A DNA stretch of 64,000 nt, from assembly GCF_024223415.1 (NCBI RefSeq), contig NZ_CP100500.1; one strand, given 5' to 3'. Source of the DNA: Escherichia coli (GTDB lineage: Bacteria > Pseudomonadota > Gammaproteobacteria > Enterobacterales > Enterobacteriaceae). Below, piece by piece: positions 6,676 to 16,662 of this stretch. How positions within the stretch are numbered: the first letter of the stretch is position 1; every line of letters starts with the position of its first letter. Below the pieces are notes generated by a model. It searched no databases and was not told the DNA's origin. It was given only the letters and a program-made list of their open reading frames with translations. Both the position numbers and the translations under genes were made by a program.

Positions 6676-8575
6676 TATGATGAGTGCTGTCACAACAGCA
6701 TTACAGCCCCTGATAAGGGCATTGCCGGTGACGGCAGTTGAATGGGCTGACCAGTATTATTATCTGCCTAAAGAATCCTCATACGGTGACGGCGAATGGA
6801 AAACGCTGCCGTTCCAGATCGCCATCATGAACAGTATGGGTAATGACCTGATCCGCACTGTTAATCTGATTAAATCTGCCCGTATTGGTTATACAAAGAT
6901 GTTGCTGGGGGTGGTCGGGTATTTTATTGAGCATAAATCCCGAAACAGTCTGCTTTTTCAGCCCACGGATTCTGCCGCTGAAGATTTTATGAAGTCTCAC
7001 GTGGAGACGACGATTAGGGACGTGCCATGCCTGAAAGACCTTTCCCCATGGCTGGGTCGTAAACATCGTGATAATACCCTCACGCTGAAACGCTTTTCAT
7101 CGGGCGTCGGTTTCTGGTGCCTGGGCGGCGCTGCCGCCAAAAACTACCGTGAAAAATCCGTGGACGTGGTCTGCTATGACGAACTCTCATCGTTTGAACC
7201 TGATGTTGAAAAAGAGGGCTCGCCAACCCTGCTGGGGGATAAGCGTATTGAGGGCTCTGTATGGCCAAAATCCATTCGCGGCTCGACGCCTAAAATCAAA
7301 GGCTCCTGCCAGATCGAAAAAGCCGCTAACGAGTCGGCACATTTCATGCGTTTTTATGTGCCCTGTCCGCACTGTGGGGAGGAGCAGTATCTGAAATTTG
7401 GTGATGATGCCTCGGCTTTCGGTCTTAAGTGGGAGAAGAATAAGCCAGAAAGTGTTTTCTACCTTTGTGAGCATCATGGCTGTGTGATCCATCAGTCTGA
7501 GCTTGACCAGAGTAACGGGCGGTGGATCTGTGAAAACACGGGGATGTGGACCCGTGACGGTCTGACGTTTTTCAGCGCCCGGGGTGATGAAATTCCGCCG
7601 CCGCGCTCCATCACTTTCCATATCTGGACGGCGTACAGTCCGTTCACCACCTGGGTACAGATAGTCTATGACTGGCTGGATGCACTGAAAGATCCCAACG
7701 GCCTGAAAACCTTTGTGAACACCACGCTGGGCGAGACCTGGGAAGAGGCCGTGGGCGAAAAACTCGATCACCAGGTACTGATGGATAAGGTTGTGCGTTA
7801 CACGGCGGCGGTGCCTGCCCGGGTGGTTTATCTGACGGCGGGCATTGACTCGCAGCGAAACCGTTTTGAGATGTATGTCTGGGGATGGGCTCCGGGAGAG
7901 GAAGCCTTTCTGGTGGATAAAATCATCATTATGGGACGTCCCGATGAGGAAGAGACGCTGTTACGTGTGGATGCGGCGATCAACAAAAAATACTGCCATG
8001 CAGACGGAACCGAAATGACCATTTCCCGTGTCTGCTGGGACATCGGGGGGATCGATGGCGAAATCGTTTATCAGAGGTCAAAAAAACACGGTGTTTTCCG
8101 GGTGCTGCCGGTAAAAGGCGCATCTGTCTATGGCAAGCCGGTGATCACCATGCCAAAAACCCGCAATCAGCGGGGCGTGTATCTGTGTGAAGTGGGGACG
8201 GACACCGCAAAAGAAATTCTCTATGCCCGTATGAAAGCCGCTCCCACGCCTGCGGATGAATCCACGTCGTATGCCATCCGTTTTCCTGATGATCCGGAGA
8301 TTTTTTCGCAGACAGAGGCGCAGCAACTGGTCGCGGAAGAGCTTGTGGAGAAGTGGGAAAAAGGAAAGATGCGTCTGCTGTGGGATAACAAAAAGCGGCG
8401 TAACGAAGCGCTGGACTGCCTGGTGTATGCCTACGCGGCATTACGTGTGTCCGTGCAACGCTGGCAGCTTGATCTGGCTGTACTGGCAAAATCCCGGGAA
8501 GAAGAGACGACCCGGCCAACCCTTAAAGAACTGGCAGCGAAGCTGTCCGGAGGAGTGAATGGTTACAGTCGCTGA
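6647..8575 (+). CDS. A: Terminase large subunit gpA
   Basis: Starts MNISEQQ. Long runs are identical to recalled lambda gpA (AVEWAD..YYLPKES, KNYREKSVDV, CPHCGEEQYLKFGD, KRRNEALDC). Confidence 0.95.
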   Translation: MNISEQQLNNMMSAVTTALQPLIRALPVTAVEWADQYYYLPKESSYGDGEWKTLPFQIAIMNSMGNDLIRTVNLIKSARIGYTKMLLGVVGYFIEHKSRNSLLFQPTDSAAEDFMKSHVETTIRDVPCLKDLSPWLGRKHRDNTLTLKRFSSGVGFWCLGGAAAKNYREKSVDVVCYDELSSFEPDVEKEGSPTLLGDKRIEGSVWPKSIRGSTPKIKGSCQIEKAANESAHFMRFYVPCPHCGEEQYLKFGDDASAFGLKWEKNKPESVFYLCEHHGCVIHQSELDQSNGRWICENTGMWTRDGLTFFSARGDEIPPPRSITFHIWTAYSPFTTWVQIVYDWLDALKDPNGLKTFVNTTLGETWEEAVGEKLDHQVLMDKVVRYTAAVPARVVYLTAGIDSQRNRFEMYVWGWAPGEEAFLVDKIIIMGRPDEEETLLRVDAAINKKYCHADGTEMTISRVCWDIGGIDGEIVYQRSKKHGVFRVLPVKGASVYGKPVITMPKTRNQRGVYLCEVGTDTAKEILYARMKAAPTPADESTSYAIRFPDDPEIFSQTEAQQLVAEELVEKWEKGKMRLLWDNKKRRNEALDCLVYAYAALRVSVQRWQLDLAVLAKSREEETTRPTLKELAAKLSGGVNGYSR

Positions 8576-8765
8576 ACTGCAGGCGCTGCGTCAGGCGCGC
8601 CTTGATTTATTAACCGGTAAACGGGTGGTGTCTGTCCAGAAAGATGGTCGCAGAATTGAATATACGGCGGCTTCTCTGGATGAGCTTAACCGGGCGATCA
8701 ATGATGCGGAGTCGGTACTGGGGACAACCCGACGTCGCCGTCGTCCGCTGGGAGTGAGGTTATGA
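8559..8765 (+). CDS. W: Head-tail joining protein gpW
   Basis: 68 aa; LTGKRVVSVQKDGRRIEYTAAS resembles lambda W. Confidence 0.9.
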   Translation: MVTVAELQALRQARLDLLTGKRVVSVQKDGRRIEYTAASLDELNRAINDAESVLGTTRRRRRPLGVRL

Positions 8766-10354
8766 AAAGAACGCCTGTCCTGATTGATGTGAACGGCGTT
8801 CCGCTTCGTGAGAGTCTCAGCTACAACGGGGGCGGCGCAGGATTTGGCGGGCAAATGGCGGAGTGGTTGCCACCGGCGCAGAGTGTCGATGCGGCCCTGC
8901 TGCCCGCGTTGCGTCTGGGGAATGCCCGGGCAGATGATCTGGTGCGCAATAACGGAATAGCGGCTAATGCGGTGGCCCTGCATAAGGATCACATAGTCGG
9001 GCATATGTTTCTGATCAGCTACCGTCCGAACTGGCGCTGGCTGGGGATGCGGGAGACCGCAGCAAAAAGCTTTGTCGATGAGGTGGAGGCGGCCTGGTCG
9101 GAATACGCCGAAGGGATGTCTGGCGAGATCGACGTGGAAGGAAAACGCACGTTCACGGAATTTATCCGGGAAGGCGTGGGCGTTCATGCGTTTAACGGCG
9201 AAATCTTTGTGCAGCCGGTCTGGGATGCGGAGACTACGCAGCTGTTTCGTACGCGTTTTAAAGCCGTGAGTCCGAAACGGGTGGACACGCCAGGATACGG
9301 TTTGGGGAACCGCTTTCTGCGGGCCGGGGTGGAGGTCGATCGGCATGGACGGGCCGTTGCGTACCATATCTGTGAGGATGATTTTCCGCTCTCTGGTAGT
9401 GGACGATGGGAACGGATCCCGCGTGAACTTCCCACCGGGCGTCCGGCCATGCTGCATATTTTCGAGCCGGTTGAGGACGGGCAGACCCGTGGGGCTAATC
9501 AGTTTTACAGCGTCATGGAACGGCTGAAAATGCTCGATTCCCTGCAGGCAACACAGCTTCAGTCAGCCATAGTGAAGGCGATGTATGCAGCGACGATTGA
9601 AAGTGAACTTGATACCGAAAAGGCCTTTGAATATATCGCCGGTGCGCCGGAGGGGCAGAAGGATAATCCGCTTATTAATATTCTGGAGAAGTTCTCCAGC
9701 TGGTATGACACGAATAACGTGACACTGGGCGGTGTCAAAATTCCGCACCTTTTCCCCGGTGATGATCTGAAACTACAGACTGCGCAGGATTCAGACAATG
9801 GATTTTCTGCGCTTGAACAGGCGCTGCTGCGGTATATCGCCGCCGGTCTTGGCGTTTCCTACGAACAGTTGTCCCGTGATTACTCGAAGGTCAGCTATTC
9901 AAGTGCCCGCGCCTCCGCCAATGAGTCGTGGCGCTATTTTATGGGGCGGCGAAAATTTATTGCGGCCCGGCTGGCCACGCAGATGTTTTCCTGCTGGCTG
10001 GAAGAGGCTCTTCTGCGGGGGATTATTCGTCCGCCACGGGCGCGTTTTGATTTTTATCAGGCGCGTTCATCCTGGTCACGGGCAGAGTGGATTGGAGCCG
10101 GAAGAATGGCCATTGACGGGCTCAAGGAGGTCCAGGAATCGGTGATGCGCATTGAGGCCGGACTGAGCACGTATGAGAAAGAGCTGGCGCTGATGGGTGA
10201 GGATTATCAGGACATTTTCCGCCAGCAGGTCAGGGAATCTGCAGAGCGGGAAAAAGCCGGACTCTCACGTCCGGTGTGGATAGCGCAGGCGTATCAGCAG
10301 CAGATAGCGGCGAGTCGCAGGCCGGAAGAGGAGACAACACCACGTGAGACGTAA
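8762..10354 (+). CDS. B: Portal protein gpB
   Basis: 530 aa in the lambda position, with size close to lambda B. Confidence 0.9.
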   Translation: MKRTPVLIDVNGVPLRESLSYNGGGAGFGGQMAEWLPPAQSVDAALLPALRLGNARADDLVRNNGIAANAVALHKDHIVGHMFLISYRPNWRWLGMRETAAKSFVDEVEAAWSEYAEGMSGEIDVEGKRTFTEFIREGVGVHAFNGEIFVQPVWDAETTQLFRTRFKAVSPKRVDTPGYGLGNRFLRAGVEVDRHGRAVAYHICEDDFPLSGSGRWERIPRELPTGRPAMLHIFEPVEDGQTRGANQFYSVMERLKMLDSLQATQLQSAIVKAMYAATIESELDTEKAFEYIAGAPEGQKDNPLINILEKFSSWYDTNNVTLGGVKIPHLFPGDDLKLQTAQDSDNGFSALEQALLRYIAAGLGVSYEQLSRDYSKVSYSSARASANESWRYFMGRRKFIAARLATQMFSCWLEEALLRGIIRPPRARFDFYQARSSWSRAEWIGAGRMAIDGLKEVQESVMRIEAGLSTYEKELALMGEDYQDIFRQQVRESAEREKAGLSRPVWIAQAYQQQIAASRRPEEETTPRET

Positions 10355-11849
10355 TCTTTCACACATTATTGCCGCAGCATTCAATGAACCGCTGCTTCTG
10401 GAGCCCGCCTATGCGCGGGTTTTCTTTTGCGCGCTCGGGCGCGAGATGGGGGCAGCAAGTCTTTCGGTACCACAACAGCAGGTACAGCTTGATGCTCCCG
10501 GAATGCTGGCTGAAACGGACGAGTACATGGCCGGAGGTAAACGACCGGCCCGTGTTTACCGGGTGGTGAACGGTATTGCTGTACTGCCGGTGACCGGCAT
10601 GCTGGTGCACCGGCTGGGTGGTATGCGGCCATTTTCCGGAATGACAGGCTATGACGGCATTGTCGCCTGTCTTCAGCAGGCAATGGCGGACACCGCTGTC
10701 CGGGGCGTACTGCTGGACATTGACAGTCCGGGCGGGCAGGTCGCAGGCGCGTTTGACTGCGCTGACATGATTTACCGCCTCCGTCAGCAGAAGCCGGTCT
10801 GGGCACTGTGCAATGACACGGCCTGTTCTGCAGCCATGCTGCTGGCGTCGGCCTGCTCCCGACGGCTGGTTACCCAGACATCCCGTATCGGCTCCATTGG
10901 CGTGATGATGAGCCATCTCAGCTATGCCGGTCATCTGGCGCAGGCCGGTGTGGATATCACGCTGATTTATGCCGGGGCGCACAAGGTGGATGGCAATCAG
11001 TTTGAAGCCTTACCGGAAGAGGTGCGTCAGGACATGCAGCAGCGCATTGATGCGGCACACCGGATGTTTGCCGAAAAAGTGGCGATGTATACCGGGCTGT
11101 CTGTGGATGTGGTCACGGGAACAGAGGCCGCCGTTTTTGAAGGTCAGTCCGGCATTGAGGCCGGGCTGGCGGATGAATTAGTCAATGCGTCGGATGCCAT
11201 CAGTGTGATGACCACGGCGCTGTACACACATGATACAGGAGGCACTATGCCGCAATTAACTGCAACGGAAGCCGCCGCGCAGGAGAACCAGCGAGTGATG
11301 GGGATCCTGACGAGTAAGGAAGCGAAAGGACGTGAACAGCTTGCCACGATGCTGGCGGGACAACAGGGCATGAGCGTTGAACAGGCCCGGGAGATCCTGG
11401 CCGCGGCGGCACCACAGCAGCCGGTGGCATCCGCGCAGAGTGAAGCCGATCGCATTATGGCGTGTGAAGAGGCGAAAGGTCGTGAACAACTGGCGGCAAC
11501 GCTGGCGGCGATGCCGGAGATGACGGTGGAAAAAGCCCGCCCGATCCTGGCAGCTTCACCGCAGGCGGATGCCGGACCATCACTCCGTGATCAGATCATG
11601 GCCCTGGATGAGGCAAAAGGGGCTGAGGCGCAGGCTGAACAGCTGGCTGCCTGCCCGGGAATGACCGTGGAGAACGCCCGGGCTGTGCTGGCTGCGGGAT
11701 CAGGTAAGGCAGAACCGGTCTCTGCATCCACAACCGCCATGTTTGAACATTTCATGGCGAACCATTCACCGGCAGCGGTACAGGGTGGCGTGCCACAGAC
11801 GTCAGCAGACGGTGATGCGGACGTGAAAATGCTCATGGCCATGCCATGA
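10344..11849 (+). CDS. C: Head maturation protease/scaffold gpC (S49 family) with nested Nu3-like scaffold region
   Basis: GTG start. FNEPLLLEPAYARVFFCAL, DSPGGQVAGAFDCADMI and RIGSIGVMMSH match recalled lambda C. The C-terminal motif is present three times. Confidence 0.9.
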   Translation: MRRNLSHIIAAAFNEPLLLEPAYARVFFCALGREMGAASLSVPQQQVQLDAPGMLAETDEYMAGGKRPARVYRVVNGIAVLPVTGMLVHRLGGMRPFSGMTGYDGIVACLQQAMADTAVRGVLLDIDSPGGQVAGAFDCADMIYRLRQQKPVWALCNDTACSAAMLLASACSRRLVTQTSRIGSIGVMMSHLSYAGHLAQAGVDITLIYAGAHKVDGNQFEALPEEVRQDMQQRIDAAHRMFAEKVAMYTGLSVDVVTGTEAAVFEGQSGIEAGLADELVNASDAISVMTTALYTHDTGGTMPQLTATEAAAQENQRVMGILTSKEAKGREQLATMLAGQQGMSVEQAREILAAAAPQQPVASAQSEADRIMACEEAKGREQLAATLAAMPEMTVEKARPILAASPQADAGPSLRDQIMALDEAKGAEAQAEQLAACPGMTVENARAVLAAGSGKAEPVSASTTAMFEHFMANHSPAAVQGGVPQTSADGDADVKMLMAMP

Positions 11850-11885
11850 AGCCAGTGCTGACCATCAATAGGAGGTTTTTACAAT

Positions 11886-12233
11886 ATGGTAACGAAAACC
11901 ATCACTGAACAGCGTGCGGAAGTACGTATTTTTGCCGGTAATGATCCGGCTCATACCGCCACAGGCAGCAGCGGGATTTCCTCGCCAACACCGGCACTGA
12001 CGCCCCTGATGCTGGATGAAGCCACCGGGAAACTGGTGGTCTGGGACGGACAGAAAGCCGGTAGTGCGGTTGGCATACTGGTACTGCCGCTTGAAGGCAC
12101 AGAGACGGTGCTGACGTATTACAAGTCGGGAACCTTTGCGACGGAGGCAATCCGCTGGCCTGACAGTGTGGATGAACACAAAAAGGCCAACGCCTTTGCC
12201 GGTAGTGCCCTGAGTCACGCGGCGCTGCCGTAA
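11886..12233 (+). CDS. D: Head decoration protein gpD
   Basis: 115 aa; DPAHTAT, TPLMLD and YKSGTF match lambda D. Confidence 0.9.
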   Translation: MVTKTITEQRAEVRIFAGNDPAHTATGSSGISSPTPALTPLMLDEATGKLVVWDGQKAGSAVGILVLPLEGTETVLTYYKSGTFATEAIRWPDSVDEHKKANAFAGSALSHAALP

Positions 12234-12290
12234 CACGTTATCAGGCCACCGCGGTGGCCTGACTGATTTCTGAATGAAAGGAACTGATTT

Positions 12291-13318
12291 ATGGGATTGT
12301 TTACGACCCGCCAGTTACTCGGTTATACCGAACAAAAAGTGAAATTTCGTGCGCTGTTTCTGGAGCTGTTTTTCCGTCGTACGGTGAATTTCCATACCGA
12401 AGAGGTGATGCTGGACAAAATTACCGGAAAAACGCCGGTGGCGGCCTATGTCTCCCCGGTTGTTGAAGGAAAAGTGCTGCGTCATCGTGGTGGTGAAACC
12501 CGCGTGTTGCGTCCGGGCTACGTCAAGCCGAAACACGAATTTAATTCCCGGCAGGCGGTTGAGCGCCTTCCTGGTGAAGATCCGGCTCAACTGAACGATC
12601 CGGCTTACCGCCGTCTGCGTATCATTACCGATAACCTCAAACAGGAAGAGCACGCGATTGTCCAGGTGGAAGAAATGCAGGCGGTAAATGCCGTGCTGTA
12701 TGGCAAATACACCATGGAAGGAGACCAGTTCGAGAAAATTGAGGTCGATTTTGGCAGGTCGACGAAGAATAACATTACGCAGGCCAGTGGTAAAAAATGG
12801 TCTGAGCACGATCGTGACACGTTCGATCCTGCGCATGATATTGACCTCTACTGCGACCAGGCCAGCGGCCTTGTGAATATTGCCATTATGGACGGTACCG
12901 TCTGGCGTCTGCTGAATGGTTTTAAGCTGTTCCGCGAAAAACTGGATACCCGTCGCGGTTCAAATTCGCAACTCGAAACGGCAGTGAAAGACCTGGGGGC
13001 GGTGGTGTCTTTCAAAGGGTATTACGGTGATCTGGCCATTGTGGTGGCGAAAACGTCTTATGTGGCAGAGGACGGTACCGAAAAACGTTATCTGCCAGAC
13101 GGCACGCTGGTCCTGGGGAATACTGCTGCAGATGGGATCCGTTGTTACGGTGCCATTCAGGATGCACAGGCGTTGTCTGAAGGAGTGGTGCCTCTTCCCG
13201 TTATCCGAAACACTGGCTGACGGTGGGGGATCCCGCCCGTGAATTTACCATGACGCAGTCCGCGCCGCTGATGGTGTTGCCGGACCCGGATGAGTTTGTG
13301 GTGGTACAGGTGAAATAA
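12291..13318 (+). pseudogene. E: Major capsid protein gpE, interrupted by an apparent 1-nt deletion near 13190
   Basis: Frame 0 stops at 13220 (..EGVVPLPVIRNTG*). The lambda-like C-terminus SSRYPKHWLTVGDPAREFTMTQSAPLMVLPDPDEFVVVQVK* continues in the +2 frame (equivalently -1) relative to the gene start, from about 13193 to 13318. Confidence 0.85.
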
Positions 13319-13326
13319 TCCGTGAG

Positions 13327-13355
13327 CGGGGGCGAAATGCCCCCGTGTCTTTTTT
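13327..13355 (+). terminator. Hairpin with U-tract after the capsid gene
   Basis: CGGGGGC-GAAAT-GCCCCCG then TGTCTTTTTT. Confidence 0.5.
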
Positions 13356-13369
13356 CACAGGGGGCTGAT

Positions 13370-13732
13370 ATGGCAACGAAAGAGCAAAATCTGAAACGGC
13401 TTGATGAACTGGCCCTGATTCTGGGGCGTGAGCCGGATATATCCGGGAGTGCCGCAGAGATAGCGCAGCGGGTGGCGGAATGGGAAGAGGAAGCAGAGGA
13501 CAAAAACCAGGAGAGTGATGAGAACGAAAGGCATTTGATGACGTATAGCCACTCCACTGGCGGGGATGAAATGAGCACTGTTCGTGTACTCAAAACCCTG
13601 CATGTGGCGGGAAAACATCCGCATGATGACAGTGATATGGAGATTGTTGTTACAGGTATGACTGTCAGAGTTGATCCAGTGAATGTTGCGGAACTTGTCC
13701 TGGAGGGGCTTGTTACAGATGAAAGTTATTAA
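13370..13732 (+). CDS. FI: DNA-packaging/head completion protein FI
   Basis: ATG at 13370. Acidic central region, in the lambda position between E and FII. Confidence 0.75.
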   Translation: MATKEQNLKRLDELALILGREPDISGSAAEIAQRVAEWEEEAEDKNQESDENERHLMTYSHSTGGDEMSTVRVLKTLHVAGKHPHDDSDMEIVVTGMTVRVDPVNVAELVLEGLVTDESY

Positions 13733-14081
13733 TATCAGGGATAACGGTTTTGATACAGCCATTGCCCGGGCTGATGAAACGATACGCGGGCATATGGGAA
13801 CGTCAGCCACCATTACATCCGGTGAGCAGCCCGGCGCAGTAATACGTGGTGTTTTTGATGACCCTGAAAATATCAGCTATGCCGGACAGGGCGTGCGCGT
13901 TGAAGGCTCCAGCCCGTCCCTGTTTGTCCGGACTGATGATGTGCGGCAACTGCGGCGTGGAGACACGCTGACCATCGGTGAGGAAAACTTCTGGATAGAC
14001 CGGGTTTCGCCGGATGATGGCGGAAGCTGTCATCTCTGGCTTGGGCGGGGCGTACCGCCTGCCGTTAATCGTCGCCGCTGA
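13719..14081 (+). CDS. FII: Head-tail connector FII
   Basis: AIARADETIRGHMGTSATITSGEQPGAVIRGVFDDPENISYAGQGVRVEG...GRGVPPAVNRRR is nearly identical to recalled lambda FII. Confidence 0.9.
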   Translation: MKVINIRDNGFDTAIARADETIRGHMGTSATITSGEQPGAVIRGVFDDPENISYAGQGVRVEGSSPSLFVRTDDVRQLRRGDTLTIGEENFWIDRVSPDDGGSCHLWLGRGVPPAVNRRR

Positions 14082-14092
14082 AAGGGGGATGT

Positions 14093-14668
14093 ATGGCCAT
14101 ACAGGGTCTTGAGCAGGCCGTTGAAAACCTCAGCCGTATCAGCAGAACGGCGGTGCCTGGTGCCGCCGCAATGGCCATTAACCGCGTGGCCACAACGGCG
14201 ATTAATCAGTCTTCGTCTCAGGTCGCCCGTGAAACCCGGGTGCCGAGAAAACTTGTTAAAGAGCGATCCAGACTGAAACGGGCTACGGTCAGAAATCCGA
14301 ACGCAAAAATTATCGTTAACCGCGGCGATCTTCCTGTGATTAAGCTGGGGATCAGGATGCTGGGACGTCGCCCGAACAGCATACTCAAAGCCGGTCAGCA
14401 TCGTTATCAGCGGGCATTCATCCAGCGACTGAATAATGGGCGCTGGCATGTTATGCAACGTCTGCCAGAAGCCAGGTATGCGAAGGGCAATGACGATAAG
14501 GGAAGGAAAAAGCGTAATCGTCTTCCCATTCAGGTGGTGAAAATTCCGATGTCGGCCCCACTGAAACAGGCTTTTGATGAGAACGTTAACCGTATCCGAC
14601 GCGAACGTCTGCCAAAAGAACTGAGCTATGCGCTGAAACAACAACTGAGGATTGTGATAAAGCGATGA
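14093..14668 (+). CDS. Z: Tail completion protein gpZ
   Basis: MAIQGLEQAVENLSRISRTAVPGAAAMAINRV matches lambda Z. Confidence 0.9.
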   Translation: MAIQGLEQAVENLSRISRTAVPGAAAMAINRVATTAINQSSSQVARETRVPRKLVKERSRLKRATVRNPNAKIIVNRGDLPVIKLGIRMLGRRPNSILKAGQHRYQRAFIQRLNNGRWHVMQRLPEARYAKGNDDKGRKKRNRLPIQVVKIPMSAPLKQAFDENVNRIRRERLPKELSYALKQQLRIVIKR

Positions 14669-15060
14669 AAAATACTGATATCCGTACAGCCGTACTGGAT
14701 GCACTGGAGAAGCATGACACCGGGGCGACGTTTTTTGATGGTCGCCCCGCTGTTTTTGATGAGGCGGATTTTCCGGCAGTTGCCGTTTATCTCACCGGCG
14801 CTGAATACACGGGCGAAGAGCTGGACAGCGATACCTGGCAGGCGGAGCTGCATATTGAAGTTTTCCTGCCTGCTCAGGTGCCGGATTCAGAGCTGGATTC
14901 GTGGATGGAGTCCCGGATTTATCCGGTGATGAGCGATATCCCGGCACTGTCAGATTTGATCACCAGTATGGTGGCCAGTGGCTATGACTACCGGCGCGAC
15001 GATGATGCGGGCCTGTGGAGTTCAGCCGATCTGACTTATGTCATTACCTATGAAATGTGA
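14665..15060 (+). CDS. U: Tail terminator gpU
   Basis: 131 aa in the lambda position, with a 4-nt start/stop overlap with Z. Confidence 0.9.
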   Translation: MKNTDIRTAVLDALEKHDTGATFFDGRPAVFDEADFPAVAVYLTGAEYTGEELDSDTWQAELHIEVFLPAQVPDSELDSWMESRIYPVMSDIPALSDLITSMVASGYDYRRDDDAGLWSSADLTYVITYEM

Positions 15061-15067
15061 GGACGAT

Positions 15068-15808
15068 ATGCCAACACCAAATCCTCTGGCACCGGTGAAA
15101 GGGGCCGGGACCACACTGTGGGTTTATAAGGGGAACGGTGACCCTTATGCGAACCCGCTTTCAGACAATGACTGGTCGCGTCTGGCTAAAGTTAAAGACC
15201 TGACGCCCGGCGAACTGACCGCAGATTTCTATGACGACAGCTATCTCGATGATGAAGATTCGGACTGGGCCGCGACCGGACAGGGGCAGAAATCCGCCGG
15301 AGATACCAGCTTCACGCTGGCGTGGATGCCCGGAGAGCAGGGGCAGCAGGCGCTGCTGGCGTGGTTTAATGAAGGTGATACCCGTGCCTATAAAATCCGC
15401 TTCCCGAACGGCACGGTCGATGTGTTCCGCGGCTGGGTCAGCAGCATCGGTAAGGCGGTGACAGCGAAGGAAGTGATCACCCGCACGGTGAAAGTCACCA
15501 ACGTGGGACGTCCGTCGATGGCAGAAGATCGCAGCACGCTAACAGCGGCAACCGGCATGACCGTGACGCCTGCCAGCACCTCGGTGGTGAAAGGGCAGAG
15601 CACCACGCTGACCGTGGCATTCCAGCCGGAAGGCGCAACCGACAAGAGCTTCCGTGCGGTGTCTGCGGATAAAACAAAAGCCACCGTGTCGGTCAGTGGT
15701 ATGACCATCACCGTGAAGGGCGTTGCTGCAGGCAGGGTCAACATTCCGGTCGTATCCGGTAATGGTGAACTTGCTGCGGTTGCAGAAATCAACGTCACCG
15801 CCAGTTAA
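15068..15808 (+). CDS. V: Major tail tube protein gpV with C-terminal Ig-like (Big_2-type) domain
   Basis: Starts [22 protein letters not shown] as in lambda V. The C-terminal [23 protein letters not shown] segment is an Ig-like repeat. Confidence 0.9.
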   Translation: MPTPNPLAPVKGAGTTLWVYKGNGDPYANPLSDNDWSRLAKVKDLTPGELTADFYDDSYLDDEDSDWAATGQGQKSAGDTSFTLAWMPGEQGQQALLAWFNEGDTRAYKIRFPNGTVDVFRGWVSSIGKAVTAKEVITRTVKVTNVGRPSMAEDRSTLTAATGMTVTPASTSVVKGQSTTLTVAFQPEGATDKSFRAVSADKTKATVSVSGMTITVKGVAAGRVNIPVVSGNGELAAVAEINVTAS

Positions 15809-15823
15809 TCCGGAGAGTCAGCG

Positions 15824-16246
15824 ATGTTCCTGAAAAACGAATCATTTGAACATAACGGCGTGACCGTCACGCTTTCTGAACTGTCAGCCCTGCAGCGTAT
15901 TGAGCATCTTGCCTGGTTGAAAGAGCAGGAAAAAAAGGCTGAATCCAGTGGCAACCTGCAGGTGTCTGTAGAGGATCTTATCAGAGGCGGGGCGTTTCTG
16001 GTGGCGATGTCTCTGTGGCATAACCATCCGCAGAAGACAAAGCTGCTGCCCATGAATGAAGCCATTACGCAGATTGAGCAGGAAGTGCTTACCACCTGGC
16101 CCACGGAGGCAATTGCTCAGGCTGAAAACGTGGTGTTACGTCTGTCCGGAATGTCTGAGTTTGTTGTGAATAATGCCCCTGAACAGGCAGATGACGCCGG
16201 GCCTGCAGAGCCTGTTTCTGCGGGAAAGTGTTCGACGGTGAGCTGA
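15824..16246 (+). CDS. G: Tail assembly chaperone gpG
   Basis: 140 aa, ending just after the slippery site. Confidence 0.9.
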   Translation: MFLKNESFEHNGVTVTLSELSALQRIEHLAWLKEQEKKAESSGNLQVSVEDLIRGGAFLVAMSLWHNHPQKTKLLPMNEAITQIEQEVLTTWPTEAIAQAENVVLRLSGMSEFVVNNAPEQADDAGPAEPVSAGKCSTVS

Positions 16247-16662
16247 GTTTTGCCCTGAAACTGGCGCGTGAGATGGGGCGACCCGACTGGCGCGCCATGC
16301 TTGCCGGGATGTCATCCACGGAGTATGCCGACTGGCACCGCTTTTACAGTACCCATTATTTTCATGATGTTCTGCTGGATATGCACTTTTCCGGGCTGAC
16401 GTACACCGTGCTCAGCCTGTTTTTCAGCGATCCGGATATGCATCCGCTGGATTTCAGTCTGCTGAACCGGCGCGAGGCTGACGAAGAGCCTGAAGATGAT
16501 GTGCTGATGCAGAAAGCGGCAGGGCTTGCCGGAGGCGTCCGCTTTGGCCCGGACGGGAATGAAGTTATCCCTGCATCCCCGGATGTGGCGGACATGACGG
16601 AGGATGACGTAATGCTGATGACAGTATCAGAAGGGATCGCAGGAGGAGTCCGGTATGGCTGA
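15824..16662 (+). CDS. T: Tail assembly chaperone gpGT produced by -1 programmed frameshift
   Basis: The -1 frame after the slip reads GKVFDGELSFALKLAREMGRPDWRAM.. (lambda T-like) up to the stop at 16662. Confidence 0.85.
16222..16228 (+). promoter_or_regulatory. G GGA AAG slippery heptamer for the G/GT frameshift
   Basis: Same heptamer, in the same zero-frame phasing (G GGA AAG), as recalled for lambda G-T. Confidence 0.85.

Noticed and set aside
8591-9457. 288-aa minus-strand ORF, with similar ones at 10359..10982, 7187..7771 and 14030..14704.
   Set aside because: All are antisense to well-supported terminase, portal, protease and Z genes. They are Arg/Pro-rich junk composition with no independent start signals.
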